Shown: positions 39,969 to 51,550, counted from the stretch's first letter. The stretch: 64,000 nt of DNA from an uncultured bacterium (GCA_965660855.1 CBFIBM010000001.1:288001-352000), one strand, 5' to 3'. Notes: generated by a model from the sequence alone, not told the origin. Program-made: numbers and translations.

Positions 39969-40841
39969 ATGAATAAGCTTGTTTACCTATTATTTGAAGG
40001 TTTTAAAAATATTATGCGACATAAAATGACTGCTTTTACTGCAGTTTTATCCCTTTTAATCTCTTTATATATTGTAGGTCTACTATCTATTGGTGAGAGC
40101 AATACATATAAAATATTACAATATCTTAGATCAAAATATAAAATTGAAGTCTTTTTTAATCAATCAGTTGGAAATGAAGAGGCAATTGGTTTAATACATA
40201 AAATAAAAAAAATCAAGGGTGTTAGAAATGCAACCATTATAGAAAAAGAGGATGCCGTTCGAATTTTCAATGATCAATTTGGTGAAAATATAATTGATAT
40301 ATTAGGATATAACCCATTACCAGTAAGCGCAGTTATTAATTTAGATAGAAATAAAAAAGAATTAATCAGAGTCGAACCTATTATAAAGTCCATAAAAGAA
40401 CTTGGTCAAGTTGAAGAAGTTAAATACCAAGGGAATCTAATAAATAAAATAGAACAAAATTTTAAAAAAGTAACGGATAGAATACCAATTATTACATTCT
40501 TAATCACAACGATCGCGCTTCTAATAATATACAACACAATTAAATTGTCTATTTATTCTCGAAAGGATTCTATCTATACCTTACAATTAATTGGTGCAAG
40601 TAGGCTATTTGTTAAATCTCCATTTATAATAGAAGGTATTTGCCTTGGATTAATTTCTGTTTTTTTGGTCATTCCATTTTTAGTTTTAACTGTTGAAGCC
40701 TTGAATTATTTTATATCAAATTTTACATCATTGAATTTAAAATTAATTTTTGATTTACTAACCTTCCTTAAGCTTGCAGCTTTGATCATTTTTATAACAT
40801 TCATTGGTAGCTACAGGGCAGCATCTAGTTTCTTGAAGTAA
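39969..40841 (+). CDS. ftsX: cell division permease FtsX
   Basis: 4 TM helices plus periplasmic loop, NPLP, IYNTIKLSIYSRK, LIGAS..PF..EG. Confidence 0.9.
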   Translation: MNKLVYLLFEGFKNIMRHKMTAFTAVLSLLISLYIVGLLSIGESNTYKILQYLRSKYKIEVFFNQSVGNEEAIGLIHKIKKIKGVRNATIIEKEDAVRIFNDQFGENIIDILGYNPLPVSAVINLDRNKKELIRVEPIIKSIKELGQVEEVKYQGNLINKIEQNFKKVTDRIPIITFLITTIALLIIYNTIKLSIYSRKDSIYTLQLIGASRLFVKSPFIIEGICLGLISVFLVIPFLVLTVEALNYFISNFTSLNLKLIFDLLTFLKLAALIIFITFIGSYRAASSFLK

Positions 40842-40926
40842 TTGCTTTCAATTATTGTTCATTATGGTAAAAAAATAATAAATTTATTTTCTGTATTTAA
40901 CAGTAAAATAAAATTTTGAGGTAATA

Positions 40927-41445
40927 GTGGCAAAAACTACAAAAAAAGAAACGAAAAAAGAGAAAAAAACAGCAACAGTAAAACCTAAGAAAAAAGAAAC
41001 AAAATTAGATATTCTCAACAAAGAGTTCCTTGAACTTCAAGACAAACATGTTAGGTTAAAAGCTGAGTTTGATAATTTTAGAAGAAGAAAATCGGAAGAG
41101 TTCTCAAAACTATTACAGTATGATGGAGAGGATGTCATTAAGGGATTCTTACCAATAATTGATGATTTAAAAAGAATGATTGCATCGGAGGAAGAGGCAT
41201 CCATAGATACTATGAAAGATGGTATTCAAATGGTCGATTCAAAAATTAGTAAATTTTTTGAGAAATTAAATATAGAACCATTTGCTGAAAAAGGAGATAT
41301 GATGGATGCTGATATGCATGATGCAATGTTAACCAAAAAAGAAGAAAGCATGGAAGATAATTCAATCTTAGAAGTATTTGAAAGTGGTTATACTTATCGA
41401 GAAAAGGTTATTCGTCATGCAAAGGTTATAGTGAACAAAAAGTGA
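40927..41445 (+). CDS. grpE: nucleotide exchange factor GrpE
   Basis: [32 protein letters not shown] start with GAGG upstream. Confidence 0.94.
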   Translation: MAKTTKKETKKEKKTATVKPKKKETKLDILNKEFLELQDKHVRLKAEFDNFRRRKSEEFSKLLQYDGEDVIKGFLPIIDDLKRMIASEEEASIDTMKDGIQMVDSKISKFFEKLNIEPFAEKGDMMDADMHDAMLTKKEESMEDNSILEVFESGYTYREKVIRHAKVIVNKK

Positions 41446-42539
41446 GAGATCTTTATGAAGTGATTGGGGTTCCGAAAGATGCTAGTAATGATCAAATAAA
41501 AAAATCATATCGTAAACTAGCTTTGAAATATCATCCAGATAAGAATCCTGATAATCCTGAGGCTGAAAAAAAATTTAAGGAAGCTGCAGAAGCGTACGCT
41601 GTTTTAAGTGATCAACAAAAACGGTCAAGATATGATCAATTTGGCCATGCAGGCGTTGGCATGGGAGATAATGCTGGTCATGGTGGCTTTAGAGGTGGTG
41701 GTGTTCATATGAGCATGGATGATATATTCTCTCAGTTTGGTGATATTTTTGGAGGAGGTGGAAGCCCTTTTGATAGTATTTTTGGAGGCGGAAATTCACG
41801 AAGAAGAAGCAAAGGAAATGATGTTCGAATAAAATTAAAATTACCGTATGAAGAAATTCTAAAAGGTGTTGAGAAAAAAATAAAGATTAAAAGAATAGTT
41901 GTAGCTCCTGGAGCTGAATTTAAAACTTGTCCAACCTGTCAAGGTCAAGGGCAAGTCACTACTGTACAGAATACCATTCTTGGTCAGATGAGATCAGCTT
42001 CTGTATGCCCTCATTGCGAAGGTGCGGGTAAAAGAATAGGTAATCGCCCACCGGGATCAGGGCCTGATGGAATGGTTAGAAAAGAGGAAACAATCAAGAT
42101 AAAAGTTCCTGCAGGTGTTGAAGAAGGGAACTATATGACTGTAAATGGGCAGGGAAATGAGGATATAAATGGTAATCCTGGTGATTTAATTGTTGTTTTT
42201 GCTGAAAGTAGTCATGACTACTTTGTAAGAGATGGTGAAAATGTTATCCTTGAATTAAATATTTCATATCCTACTGCTGTACTGGGTGGTAAAATAGAAA
42301 TACCAGTAATAGGTGGTAAAGCTGGTCTTAAAATACCTTCTGGTATACAGTCAGGCCAAGTTCTTAGAATGAAAGGTAAGGGATTTCCACGTCTAAGAGG
42401 AAGATCAAACGGAGACCAATTGGTAAAAATACAGATAAATACCCCTAAAAATATTTCAAGAGGTGTTAAGAAGATTATTGAAAACTTAGGAAAAGAAATT
42501 GAAGATATAAAAAATCCATTTACTAAAATTGAATTATAA
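41442..42539 (+). CDS. dnaJ: chaperone DnaJ (reduced zinc finger)
   Basis: J-domain with HPD, G/F-rich region, two CxxCxGxG motifs, C-terminal domains. Confidence 0.95.
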   Translation: MRDLYEVIGVPKDASNDQIKKSYRKLALKYHPDKNPDNPEAEKKFKEAAEAYAVLSDQQKRSRYDQFGHAGVGMGDNAGHGGFRGGGVHMSMDDIFSQFGDIFGGGGSPFDSIFGGGNSRRRSKGNDVRIKLKLPYEEILKGVEKKIKIKRIVVAPGAEFKTCPTCQGQGQVTTVQNTILGQMRSASVCPHCEGAGKRIGNRPPGSGPDGMVRKEETIKIKVPAGVEEGNYMTVNGQGNEDINGNPGDLIVVFAESSHDYFVRDGENVILELNISYPTAVLGGKIEIPVIGGKAGLKIPSGIQSGQVLRMKGKGFPRLRGRSNGDQLVKIQINTPKNISRGVKKIIENLGKEIEDIKNPFTKIEL

Positions 42540-42659
42540 TAATAAAAATATTATAGCTGTTTTAATTTTATTAAAATCCATTATAATAATGTTTATTGTT
42601 AAATTAAATAATGATAAAAATATATCTAAGATAAAGAAAATAGAATATTTGGGAAAACT

Positions 42660-43403
42660 ATGCTGACAAAACAAAATAAAACTGATTTATTGGAGATAGC
42701 TATCATTTTTGCAATGTTTTTTCTAATAGTAGTGATTTATGTTCCAGTTGCTATTTGGGAAAAAGAAGAGTTCTTTGAAAAAGAAAGCAGATATAGAATG
42801 CAAAATGTCTATGATGTTGAAACATTCTATTCACAATTAACTGGAGAATATAATCCCAATTATTTAGAGGCACTTTCCGTAGTGAATGCGGCCCGAGATT
42901 CTACAGTTGCTGACTCCTTATTCTTTGGTGAACAAAGAATCGTATTATTTGGAAAAGAATTTTCAGTTGATATTAACGAATCGTTTACTTTTGAATATGA
43001 TACAACCTTCGGTATTAAAAGTTTTAGAAAAGATACTATAAATGATACTACCCTGCAAATTGCTGTTTTTTCTAAAGATTTAGGTCGTAACGACACAAGT
43101 TTTATCAGAAAAAGAGATTTAAATCTTTATAATCAAAATGAAGATTTTATAGGTGTTGTAAATGAAGAACCCTTAAAACGCGTTGAGGCAATTGAATATT
43201 ACAAGACCAATATTCCAGACTCCACAACTTTTTATTGTCCTCTTTCAAATGAACCTTATGATTTAGAAATAAATAGCGATGGAACTCAATTATCAGTATC
43301 TAGTCCTATAGATGATCCTATAACAGAATCCAGGTATTTGATTTTTGCATTTAGAGCTGGTAGCCATGGTGTGATTCAAGGTGGAAGACGAAGTTGGGAT
43401 TAA
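42660..43403 (+). CDS. hypothetical protein with pilin-like N-terminal helix
   Basis: TDLLEIAII.. hydrophobic helix ending in Pro, then an amphipathic helix ..ETFY..TGEY; CP..PY motif. Confidence 0.5.
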   Translation: MLTKQNKTDLLEIAIIFAMFFLIVVIYVPVAIWEKEEFFEKESRYRMQNVYDVETFYSQLTGEYNPNYLEALSVVNAARDSTVADSLFFGEQRIVLFGKEFSVDINESFTFEYDTTFGIKSFRKDTINDTTLQIAVFSKDLGRNDTSFIRKRDLNLYNQNEDFIGVVNEEPLKRVEAIEYYKTNIPDSTTFYCPLSNEPYDLEINSDGTQLSVSSPIDDPITESRYLIFAFRAGSHGVIQGGRRSWD

Positions 43404-43418
43404 ATTAATATACCTATT

Positions 43419-45167
43419 ATGATTGGCATCGTCATATCAGATTCCTTCTTGCTCACTGGAAAGTGGGAAGAAAGTGATGTCGGGTGGACGCTTAATGCCA
43501 TTGAGAAAATAGATTTTACCGAATCTATATTTCCTATTCTCTTCAATGAAAACGAGCTCAACTCAATTCTTGCTTCAGCACTAAGAAAAGCAAAAGAAAT
43601 TCATTCATTTGATGCTGTTGATGTCCTAGTTGGTCTTCCAGACTTATTTGTTGAACATTCAGTTGTAGAGAAAGATCAAGATTTATCCAAAGGAGATTAT
43701 CTAGATTATTTTCAATGGTTAGAGAAACAAAAAGGAAGACCTTCAAATCAAGAAGTTTATACTTACGGCCAAATTTATTACCCCGCTGAAAGTAATATTC
43801 ATATTTGCACTGTACCCAAATCATTGGTAAGAACTTTAAAGTTGTCCATTACAGAAATGGGAGGGTATACAAAGTGGATGGGGCCAGTAAGTACGCTTTA
43901 TTTAGATGGATCAAGTATATCTGAAGCTGCATTAATTCATAGAAGTGGAAGCAAGTATTCTTTTATGAAAGTTCAAAATAACAGATTTGATATGGGAGTT
44001 GTAACCTTTTCAGGTGGAATAGCGCGAGTGGCCTCTACTACAGATTCAAGCGAGGATGTTACACTTGCGGCTTTGGGCTTAGAGAAGTCTGACCTAGATG
44101 ATATACCCGTGTTTTGTCCACAAAAATTAGGTAGGCAAGCAACAAGTGCATGGGAATTTTCGGATTTTCGGCCAAGTATACCATTTGAAAATGTTAATTT
44201 AGCTGTTCCTATTAATCCAAAAATTCCTCGATATGAAGCTAATATTTTATCACAGTTAATTACCTCAAATTGTATTGGTTTTTCAATGAATTTTTTTGAG
44301 GAGCCAGGAATTACAGAATTCTTTTTTACTCAAGTAATTCCAACCTCTATAAATCAAGAAGAGGCTACTGATAAAACTGTAAATCCAATCGAAGATTTAG
44401 ATAGCGCTGATAGTGAATCAGATGATGAAGAAATTTCAAATGTTCAAAATTCCCAATCGATTACAAATTTTTCTCTGGTAGTTTTTCTTATTGTTTTACT
44501 TTTTATTGCTTTCAACTATATGAAGCTTCAAGATCAGATAAATAATTCATTTTTTGGAATTAAAGATACATTTAAGATTGAACGGTCAGGTTTTGATTCA
44601 TCTGCAGTTTCAAAGGGAAAAATAGAGTCAGCAAATACAGATTTATTGAGGAATTCAAAAGCGATCTCTTCATCAATATTAAGTTTATTAACTGAAACAG
44701 ATTTAAATCGTTATAATGCATTAACAATAACAAAATCATTTTTAAGTCTTGAATATTTAAGCGGATCTAACCCAAACATAGAGAACATACTAGGAATAGA
44801 TCCTACATCTTTTTCTGTTGAGGCTACCGGTAAAGATAGCACTGTTTTTTTGTGGTATTATAGTTTTGAACTACCCATTCCAGATAACGACATAATTCCT
44901 GGTAAAATTAATAAAATAGATTTAATGGAGCAGCTAGATACCACTCTTACTGATTATTCTTTAAAATATTTTGAACAAGTATTTACAAAAAACCAAATTT
45001 ATGGTCCGCTTTTGATTTGGGTTAGAGGGAAAGCTGATATTCTCCAAGCAAGCGCTATCTTTTCTAATGTTGATAATGATATCCTATTAAGAAAATTTGT
45101 TTTATTTAATAAATCAGATAAACCAAATCCAAGAGCAGGTTTTTACGTATCAATCCTTGAAGATTAA
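43419..45167 (+). CDS. hypothetical bitopic protein, N-terminus weakly PilM/GspL-like
   Basis: Large N-terminal domain, acidic linker, one TM helix at about aa 352-368, C-terminal domain. Confidence 0.5.
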   Translation: MIGIVISDSFLLTGKWEESDVGWTLNAIEKIDFTESIFPILFNENELNSILASALRKAKEIHSFDAVDVLVGLPDLFVEHSVVEKDQDLSKGDYLDYFQWLEKQKGRPSNQEVYTYGQIYYPAESNIHICTVPKSLVRTLKLSITEMGGYTKWMGPVSTLYLDGSSISEAALIHRSGSKYSFMKVQNNRFDMGVVTFSGGIARVASTTDSSEDVTLAALGLEKSDLDDIPVFCPQKLGRQATSAWEFSDFRPSIPFENVNLAVPINPKIPRYEANILSQLITSNCIGFSMNFFEEPGITEFFFTQVIPTSINQEEATDKTVNPIEDLDSADSESDDEEISNVQNSQSITNFSLVVFLIVLLFIAFNYMKLQDQINNSFFGIKDTFKIERSGFDSSAVSKGKIESANTDLLRNSKAISSSILSLLTETDLNRYNALTITKSFLSLEYLSGSNPNIENILGIDPTSFSVEATGKDSTVFLWYYSFELPIPDNDIIPGKINKIDLMEQLDTTLTDYSLKYFEQVFTKNQIYGPLLIWVRGKADILQASAIFSNVDNDILLRKFVLFNKSDKPNPRAGFYVSILED

Positions 45168-45680
45168 ATGAAAATAATCAGTGGAAAGTTTGGTAGCCGA
45201 AAAATTATTACAAGTAAAAAACTTTTATATAGACCAACTAAATCCAGAGTCAGGAAAAGTTTATTTGATACCTTGAATCCATATAATTATGAAAATGTCT
45301 TAGACTTATTTGCAGGTTCTGGGATTTTAGGTTTTGAAGCTGCTAGTAGAGGAGGTAGCGATATTACTTTTGTAGAAAATGATTATAAAATTATGGAGAA
45401 AATAAAGAAAAATGCCTTATTACTAGAGGGTCCTAGCTATAATTTTATTGTTGATAATGTATTTTCTTTTATACAATATACAAAAAATAGATTTGATCTC
45501 ATTTTTGCAGATCCACCTTATGAAAAATATGATTTATCTTTGTTAATAAAACAAATTCCAACTTTATTAAATACCAACGGGAAATTTATTTTAGAGTGTA
45601 CGAAAAATCAAAATCTATTAGATGGTGTAAAATATGTTGATTATGGCACGTCTAGGATCTTTATTTGGGAAAATTCATGA
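45168..45680 (+). CDS. rsmD: 16S rRNA (guanine966-N2)-methyltransferase
   Basis: MKIISGKF, RPT, LDLFAGSG, DPPY. Confidence 0.93.
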   Translation: MKIISGKFGSRKIITSKKLLYRPTKSRVRKSLFDTLNPYNYENVLDLFAGSGILGFEAASRGGSDITFVENDYKIMEKIKKNALLLEGPSYNFIVDNVFSFIQYTKNRFDLIFADPPYEKYDLSLLIKQIPTLLNTNGKFILECTKNQNLLDGVKYVDYGTSRIFIWENS

Positions 45681-46156
45681 AAAAAATTATTTATCCTGGA
45701 ACATTTGATCCAATACACAATGGACATTTAGATATTGCAAAAAGAGCCTCTAATTTATTTGATGAAGTTGAATTTGTTCTAGCCATAAATGGGCAAAAAC
45801 AACCTCTATTTTCTATTGAAGAAAGATTGAAAATGATACGAGATTCAGTGAATGATATTAATAATATTAAAGTTAGTTTTTTTGAAGGTTTAGTTGTTGA
45901 TCACGCAAAAGCGGTAAAAGCAAATTCAATTATTCGAGGAATGAGACATGTAAGTGATTTTGAATATGAATTTCAAATGGCTATGATGAATTTTCATTTA
46001 GATCCAAAAATAACCTCATTATTCATGATGCCAGATGAAAAGTATATTCATTTAAATTCCACATTAATTAAGGATGTTGTTAAAAATGGAGGAGATGTTT
46101 CTAAATTTGTACCAAAATCTGTTTATAATGAATTATTATCTAAATATTCTGACTAA
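45677..46156 (+). CDS. coaD: pantetheine-phosphate adenylyltransferase
   Basis: IYPGTFDPIHNGH, RGMR..SDFEYE; ATGA overlap with the rsmD stop. Confidence 0.96.
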   Translation: MKKIIYPGTFDPIHNGHLDIAKRASNLFDEVEFVLAINGQKQPLFSIEERLKMIRDSVNDINNIKVSFFEGLVVDHAKAVKANSIIRGMRHVSDFEYEFQMAMMNFHLDPKITSLFMMPDEKYIHLNSTLIKDVVKNGGDVSKFVPKSVYNELLSKYSD

Positions 46157-46200
46157 ATCTTTTTAATTTAAAATACTCAAAGAAACAAAAATTTTATTTA

Positions 46201-46494
46201 ATGCCAACCTACGATTATTTATGTAATACTTGCGGAGAAAAGTTTGAGCATTTTCAATCAATGTCAAGCCCTGCTCTTAAACAGCGTCCTGAATGTGAAA
46301 AGGATGACTGTAATGTAAAGCGTATTGTTAGCGGGGGCACCGGATTAATTTTTAAAGGGTCTGGATTTTATTTAACAGATTATGGAAAACCAAAATCTGA
46401 AAAATCACGAGACGAAAAAACTAATAAAAGTACTAAAAAAGAAAAAAAGAAAAAAAATATTTCAAAAAATAAAACAAGGAAAACCAGTAAATGA
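46201..46494 (+). CDS. FmdB family zinc-ribbon protein
   Basis: [25 protein letters not shown], Lys-rich tail. Confidence 0.9.
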   Translation: MPTYDYLCNTCGEKFEHFQSMSSPALKQRPECEKDDCNVKRIVSGGTGLIFKGSGFYLTDYGKPKSEKSRDEKTNKSTKKEKKKKNISKNKTRKTSK

Positions 46495-47714
46495 GCTCAT
46501 CTAAATCTATATCCATGGAAAATGGAAAATTAATTGTTCCAGATAATCCAGTTATTCCATTTATTGAAGGAGATGGGATTGGTCCTGATATTTGGAGAGC
46601 CTCTGTTAAAGTTTTCGATGCAGCAGTTAATAAAGCTTTTCACGGAGATAAAAATATAGAATGGTTAGAGGTCCTTGCAGGTGAGAAAGCATTTGAAGCT
46701 ACAGGTGAGTGGTTACCTCAAGATACATTAGATACAATTACAAAGTATAGTGTCGCAATAAAAGGCCCTCTGACAACCCCAGTTGGAGGAGGTATTCGGT
46801 CTTTAAATGTTGCTTTGAGGCAGAAATTGGACTTATATGCCTGTGTACGTCCAGTAAGATGGTTTAACGGTGTTCCATCACCAGTGAAAGAACCAAACTT
46901 AGTTGATATGGTTATATTCCGAGAAAACACTGAGGATATATATGCTGGAATTGAATGGATGCATGGTAGTGAAGGCTTGGAAAAAGTGAAATCATTTTTA
47001 ATGAATGATATGGGTGTTACAAATATTAGATTTCCAGATACTGTAAGTTTAGGTGTAAAACCTGTATCTAAAGAAGGTACGGAAAGAATTGTTAAAGCAG
47101 CAATTGAAGACGCCCTAAAACATAATCGTAAATCAGTCACCCTAGTACACAAAGGGAACATTATGAAATATACTGAAGGTGGATTTCGAGATTGGGGATA
47201 CCAATTAGTAAAAAATGAATACTCTTCTGAAGATCTTGACGGTGGGCCGTGGCAAACTATACGTAGGAACGGTAAAGAGTTAATTGTAAAAGATGTGATC
47301 GCAGATGCATTTTTACAGCAAATTTTACTAAGGCCAAGTGAATATGATGTTATTGCCACATTAAATTTAAATGGAGATTATATCTCAGATGCTCTCGCAG
47401 CTATTGTCGGAGGTATAGGCATTGCTCCAGGTGCTAACATTAATTATGTTAGTGGTCATGCTATTTTTGAAGCAACTCATGGAACAGCTCCAAAATATGC
47501 TGGAAAGGATCAAGTCAACCCAAGCTCAGTCATCCTTTCAGGCGTTATGATGTTAGAGTACCTAGGGTGGCAAGATGCTGCTGATTTAATTGTTAAAGGG
47601 ATTGAAGGTGCAATTTCAAATAAACGGGTAACTTACGATTTTCATAGGCTAATGGAAGGTGCAACAAAGTTAAAATGTTCTGAGTTTGGAGATGAAATCA
47701 TATCAAATATGTAA
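46491..47714 (+). CDS. icd: NADP-dependent isocitrate dehydrogenase
   Basis: [46 protein letters not shown]. Confidence 0.97.
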   Translation: MSSSKSISMENGKLIVPDNPVIPFIEGDGIGPDIWRASVKVFDAAVNKAFHGDKNIEWLEVLAGEKAFEATGEWLPQDTLDTITKYSVAIKGPLTTPVGGGIRSLNVALRQKLDLYACVRPVRWFNGVPSPVKEPNLVDMVIFRENTEDIYAGIEWMHGSEGLEKVKSFLMNDMGVTNIRFPDTVSLGVKPVSKEGTERIVKAAIEDALKHNRKSVTLVHKGNIMKYTEGGFRDWGYQLVKNEYSSEDLDGGPWQTIRRNGKELIVKDVIADAFLQQILLRPSEYDVIATLNLNGDYISDALAAIVGGIGIAPGANINYVSGHAIFEATHGTAPKYAGKDQVNPSSVILSGVMMLEYLGWQDAADLIVKGIEGAISNKRVTYDFHRLMEGATKLKCSEFGDEIISNM

Positions 47715-47772
47715 TTTCTATCAATACTTATTTAATCTAATGCAATTTATTAATTGACCACTGCTAAGTGTA

Positions 47773-48738
47773 ATGTTTATTGATTTTACAGAGGTTGATT
47801 TGTTCGCTGGTAGCGGTGGAAAAGGTGCTGTCAGCTTTAGGAGAGAAAAGTTCATACCACTAGGTGGTCCAGATGGTGGTGATGGCGGTCGAGGCGGGCA
47901 TATAATATTTAAAGCAGACTCCAATCTAAGAACTTTACAAGATGTAAGATATAATAGAAAATATCGTGCTGAAAATGGATTTGGTGGTGGTAGTTCAAGA
48001 AAAACTGGTAGAAGTGGGAAAGATAAAATTATAAAAGTTCCAGTTGGAACTATAATAAAGAGAAAAACATCTCAAGAAATAATTGGTGATTTAACTTCAG
48101 ATACTGATACTGTTATTGCCTGTAGTGGTGGCCGTGGGGGTAAAGGGAACATACGTTTTAAATCATCAACAAACAGGGCACCTAGAAAATCTCAACCAGG
48201 TGAGCAAGGTGAACATGGTTGTTTTGAAATTGAATTGAAGATTTTAGCAGATGTCGGATTAGTTGGTATGCCTAACGCTGGAAAATCAACATTACTTTCT
48301 CATATTTCTGCAGCGAAACCAAAGATTGCTGACTATCCTTTTACAACGTTAGAGCCCAATCTTGGCATTGTTAAGTATGGAGAATACAAATCTTTTGTTA
48401 TGGCTGATATACCAGGTCTTATTGAAGGAGCAAGTAAAGGTAGAGGTCTTGGACATAAATTTTTAAAACATGTTGAGAGGAATAAAGTTTTATTATACTT
48501 GATAGAAACTATCGACCCGCATCCATTTAAAACATTCAAAATGCTTGAAAAGGAGGTTCTTGATTTTAATCCTGATTTAATAGCAAAACCTGTAGTGATA
48601 TGTAGAACAAAATCAGATATTAATTTTGATTTATCCGAAGAATGGAGGGAGTTTAACCAGAATGTTAATATAATATCATCAGTTTCAGGAGATGGCCTTA
48701 ATAAACTGATTGATATTTTAAGTGGGTTAATTAGTTAA
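47773..48738 (+). CDS. obgE: GTPase ObgE/CgtA
   Basis: FRREKF..GGPDGGDGG, GMPNAGKST, YPFTT, DIPG. Confidence 0.96.
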   Translation: MFIDFTEVDLFAGSGGKGAVSFRREKFIPLGGPDGGDGGRGGHIIFKADSNLRTLQDVRYNRKYRAENGFGGGSSRKTGRSGKDKIIKVPVGTIIKRKTSQEIIGDLTSDTDTVIACSGGRGGKGNIRFKSSTNRAPRKSQPGEQGEHGCFEIELKILADVGLVGMPNAGKSTLLSHISAAKPKIADYPFTTLEPNLGIVKYGEYKSFVMADIPGLIEGASKGRGLGHKFLKHVERNKVLLYLIETIDPHPFKTFKMLEKEVLDFNPDLIAKPVVICRTKSDINFDLSEEWREFNQNVNIISSVSGDGLNKLIDILSGLIS

Positions 48739-48788
48739 AATACTCATTTTTAGATCTGATTATAATTATTAATTTTAGTGTGATTTTT

Positions 48789-48875
48789 GGAGAGGTGGCC
48801 GAGTGGCTGAAGGCGCTTCCCTGCTAAGGAAGTAACATCGTAAGGTGTTCGTGGGTTCGAATCCCACCCTCTCCG
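48789..48875 (+). tRNA. tRNA-Ser(GCT)
   Basis: Acceptor GGAGAGG/CCTCTCC plus discriminator G; anticodon arm CTTCC-CTGCTAA-GGAAG; long variable arm; T-arm GTGGG-TTCGAAT-CCCAC; CCA not encoded. Confidence 0.97.
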
Positions 48876-48894
48876 CAGTAACTCTGTCGATAAT

Positions 48895-48916
48895 AAAGTC
48901 CCTTGCAAGGACTTTT
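48895..48916 (+). terminator. putative intrinsic terminator after tRNA-Ser
   Basis: Inverted repeat AAAGTCC-N7-GGACTTT ending in a short T run, 20 nt after the tRNA. Confidence 0.5.
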
Positions 48917-49128
48917 AACACCAGCGGGAATGATATTTAACCAAAGAAAAACCTATTTTTCGAATTTCTCATAAATATCAATTTGTATTTAGATTTTTTT
49001 ATTAAGTTAAAATTAAGATTTTTAGTATAAAAACTACCATTGACCTAGAAGCAATTATTGGATTTTTTTTAGCTAATTGTTATCATAATTTTGAAATCAT
49101 ATAAACTCATAACTAGTATATAAAATAA

Positions 49129-51411
49129 ATGTCTTCAGAGGAAAGAAAGTTAGCTGCAATTGTTTTCACTGATATTTGTGATTTTACAAAATTAATGTCA
49201 ACTGATGAGAATAAGGCCATGGCTCTCTTAGAGCAACAGAGAGCTCTACTTAAGCCAATAATAAATAATTTTAATGGTGAATGGTTGAAAGAGATTGGAG
49301 ATGGTATTTTAATGTCATTTCCAAGTGCAGTGAATGCAGTAACATGTTCCCTAGAAATTCAGAGAATATTGGCTCATAATCAAGACCTTACAATACGGAT
49401 TGGAATTCACATAGGTGATGTTATTAAAAAAGATGGGGATGTCTTTGGTGATGGAGTAAATATAGCCTCAAGGTTAGAGCCCTTAGCTGAGCCTGGAGGT
49501 ATATGTGTTTCTGAGCGTGTTCATGAAGATATTAAGAATAAACCAGACATTAGTACGGCTTTTCAAGAAGAACAGCTTTTAAAAGGTATTGATAAGCCTA
49601 TAAAAGTGTATTCTATTTTTACTAAAATGGGTTCTTTAGATAATTTGCAGAATCAAAAAGATCCGGTCCAGATTAATAAAAAGAGTAAACCTTTAATTTT
49701 TATCTCATTATCAGTGATTTTAGTCATTTTTATATCAATATTTATTATAAAATCTAAAGAAAATGTAGTTGGAGAAGATGCTAGAAAATCTTTGGCGGTA
49801 TTACCTTTTGATAATATGAGTGAAGATAATAAATCAGAATACTTTAGTGATGGTATTACAGAAGATATTATCACTTATTTATCGAAAATAGAGGGCTTAA
49901 AAGTGATCTCCCGTACTTCAATTATGCAGTATAAAGATTCAAAAAAGAATATTAAAGATATTGCAAATGAACTTGGGGTAAATAATATCCTAGAAGGAAG
50001 TGTTCGAAAAGTAAATAATCGAGTTCGTATAACTGGTCAATTAATTGACGCTAAAACCGATGAGCATCTTTGGGCAGAAATATATGATCGTGAACTTGAT
50101 GATATATTCTCTGTTCAAACAGAAGTTGCAAAAAGTATAGCATCAGCGTTAAAAACCGAAATGACTGATGATGATATTGAGAGATTAAGTAAAGTTGTTA
50201 CTAATAATACAGACGCATATGAACTATTATTGAAAATAAAAAATACTAATTATTTAGTCCGTCAAGAATGCTTAAAAAGAGAGGAGGTACTAAAAAAAGT
50301 TGTCGAATTGGATCCAGAATCTTCTTATGCATATGCTAGATTAGGAGGCATTCATTCGTGGATATATTTTTTCGGAATGGATAGAACAAAAAAAAGGCTA
50401 GAAATGGCTAAGGAGGCGTTAGATAAAGCATTAGAAATAGATCCACTATCATCTACAGCTCATCTCGAGATGGGATTTTATCACTACGCCGGATTTTTGG
50501 ATTTTGAAAAAGGGTTAAAAGAGTATAAAATAGCTGATCGACTGTCTCCAAACGACTCAGAGATAAAATGGAGAATTGCTCTCATATTAAGAAGACAAGG
50601 TAAATTTGAAGAGTCATTTGATCTAATGAAAAAGTGTTTTGATCTTGATCCTAAGAATGCACTCATACCTGATCAAATGGTATTAATGACATCCTATTTA
50701 GGTTTGAGTAACCTATTTGATCGATACTTTAAAATTGCAAGCGATCTCGGAATGAATGTTACCACCGGACTCATGTATAAGGTTACAGAAAAATTTGGAA
50801 GAGATGGTGACTTGAATGAGTACAAAACAATTATAGAGGAAGCCAGTAAAGTAGATCATGACACTTGGTTTCATAGCTTTATAGCAGAATATTATAGAAT
50901 TAATAAAAATTATGAACTCGCATTCAAACATATTGATAGAATCCGTGATCAAGATCAGAATTCTCAAACAAGTTATACACCGAAAGATTATTTAAGGGCG
51001 ATAATTTACCTTGAGATGGGTGAGAAAGAAAAAGCTATGGAACTTTTCACTATTGCTTTAAATGATATTGAAGAAAAATTAAAAAGTGAGAAAGATGATC
51101 CACGGTTTTTAGCATTTAAAGGAAAAGTCTTAGCTTATCTTGGAAAAGAAAAGGAAGCTATAGAATTTGGAAATAAAGCCACAAATATTGTTTCAGTTGA
51201 AAATGATAAATTACAAGGTGGCGATTATAATTATAACCTTGCAAAAATTTACTCAGTGACCGGTAATTATGAATTAGCAGTCAATGAGTTAGAAAAGATT
51301 TATAATGCTCAACCAAAAGCAGCATTTTTAGGATTGTTATTATATGATTATGAATTATCTTATATTCAACAATATGAAGGTTTTCGTAATTTAGTTAATA
51401 AATATAAATAA
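49129..51411 (+). CDS. class III adenylate cyclase - TM - TolB-like - TPR protein
   Basis: RKLAAIVFTDI, KEIGDG, DVFGDGVNIASR; SLAVLPFDNMS..YFSDGITEDII TolB_N-like domain; TPR tail. Confidence 0.9.
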   Translation: MSSEERKLAAIVFTDICDFTKLMSTDENKAMALLEQQRALLKPIINNFNGEWLKEIGDGILMSFPSAVNAVTCSLEIQRILAHNQDLTIRIGIHIGDVIKKDGDVFGDGVNIASRLEPLAEPGGICVSERVHEDIKNKPDISTAFQEEQLLKGIDKPIKVYSIFTKMGSLDNLQNQKDPVQINKKSKPLIFISLSVILVIFISIFIIKSKENVVGEDARKSLAVLPFDNMSEDNKSEYFSDGITEDIITYLSKIEGLKVISRTSIMQYKDSKKNIKDIANELGVNNILEGSVRKVNNRVRITGQLIDAKTDEHLWAEIYDRELDDIFSVQTEVAKSIASALKTEMTDDDIERLSKVVTNNTDAYELLLKIKNTNYLVRQECLKREEVLKKVVELDPESSYAYARLGGIHSWIYFFGMDRTKKRLEMAKEALDKALEIDPLSSTAHLEMGFYHYAGFLDFEKGLKEYKIADRLSPNDSEIKWRIALILRRQGKFEESFDLMKKCFDLDPKNALIPDQMVLMTSYLGLSNLFDRYFKIASDLGMNVTTGLMYKVTEKFGRDGDLNEYKTIIEEASKVDHDTWFHSFIAEYYRINKNYELAFKHIDRIRDQDQNSQTSYTPKDYLRAIIYLEMGEKEKAMELFTIALNDIEEKLKSEKDDPRFLAFKGKVLAYLGKEKEAIEFGNKATNIVSVENDKLQGGDYNYNLAKIYSVTGNYELAVNELEKIYNAQPKAAFLGLLLYDYELSYIQQYEGFRNLVNKYK

Positions 51412-51550
51412 AATAAATATTAGGTTTAAATTTCGCTATTTGAGTTAATTACAGTATTATTTTCCATAATAGTAAGTCAGGTATTTTCTCATTTGTATAG
51501 TACTATTTCTGAAATAATTAAAGTTTATGATTGTGCTCACAATTTCCTAT

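Noticed and set aside
46718..47359. 213-aa antisense ORF
   Set aside because: Shadow frame of icd with no recognisable motif; the same applies to the other short ORFs nested in mreB, trxA, glyA, obgE, ftsE and similar genes
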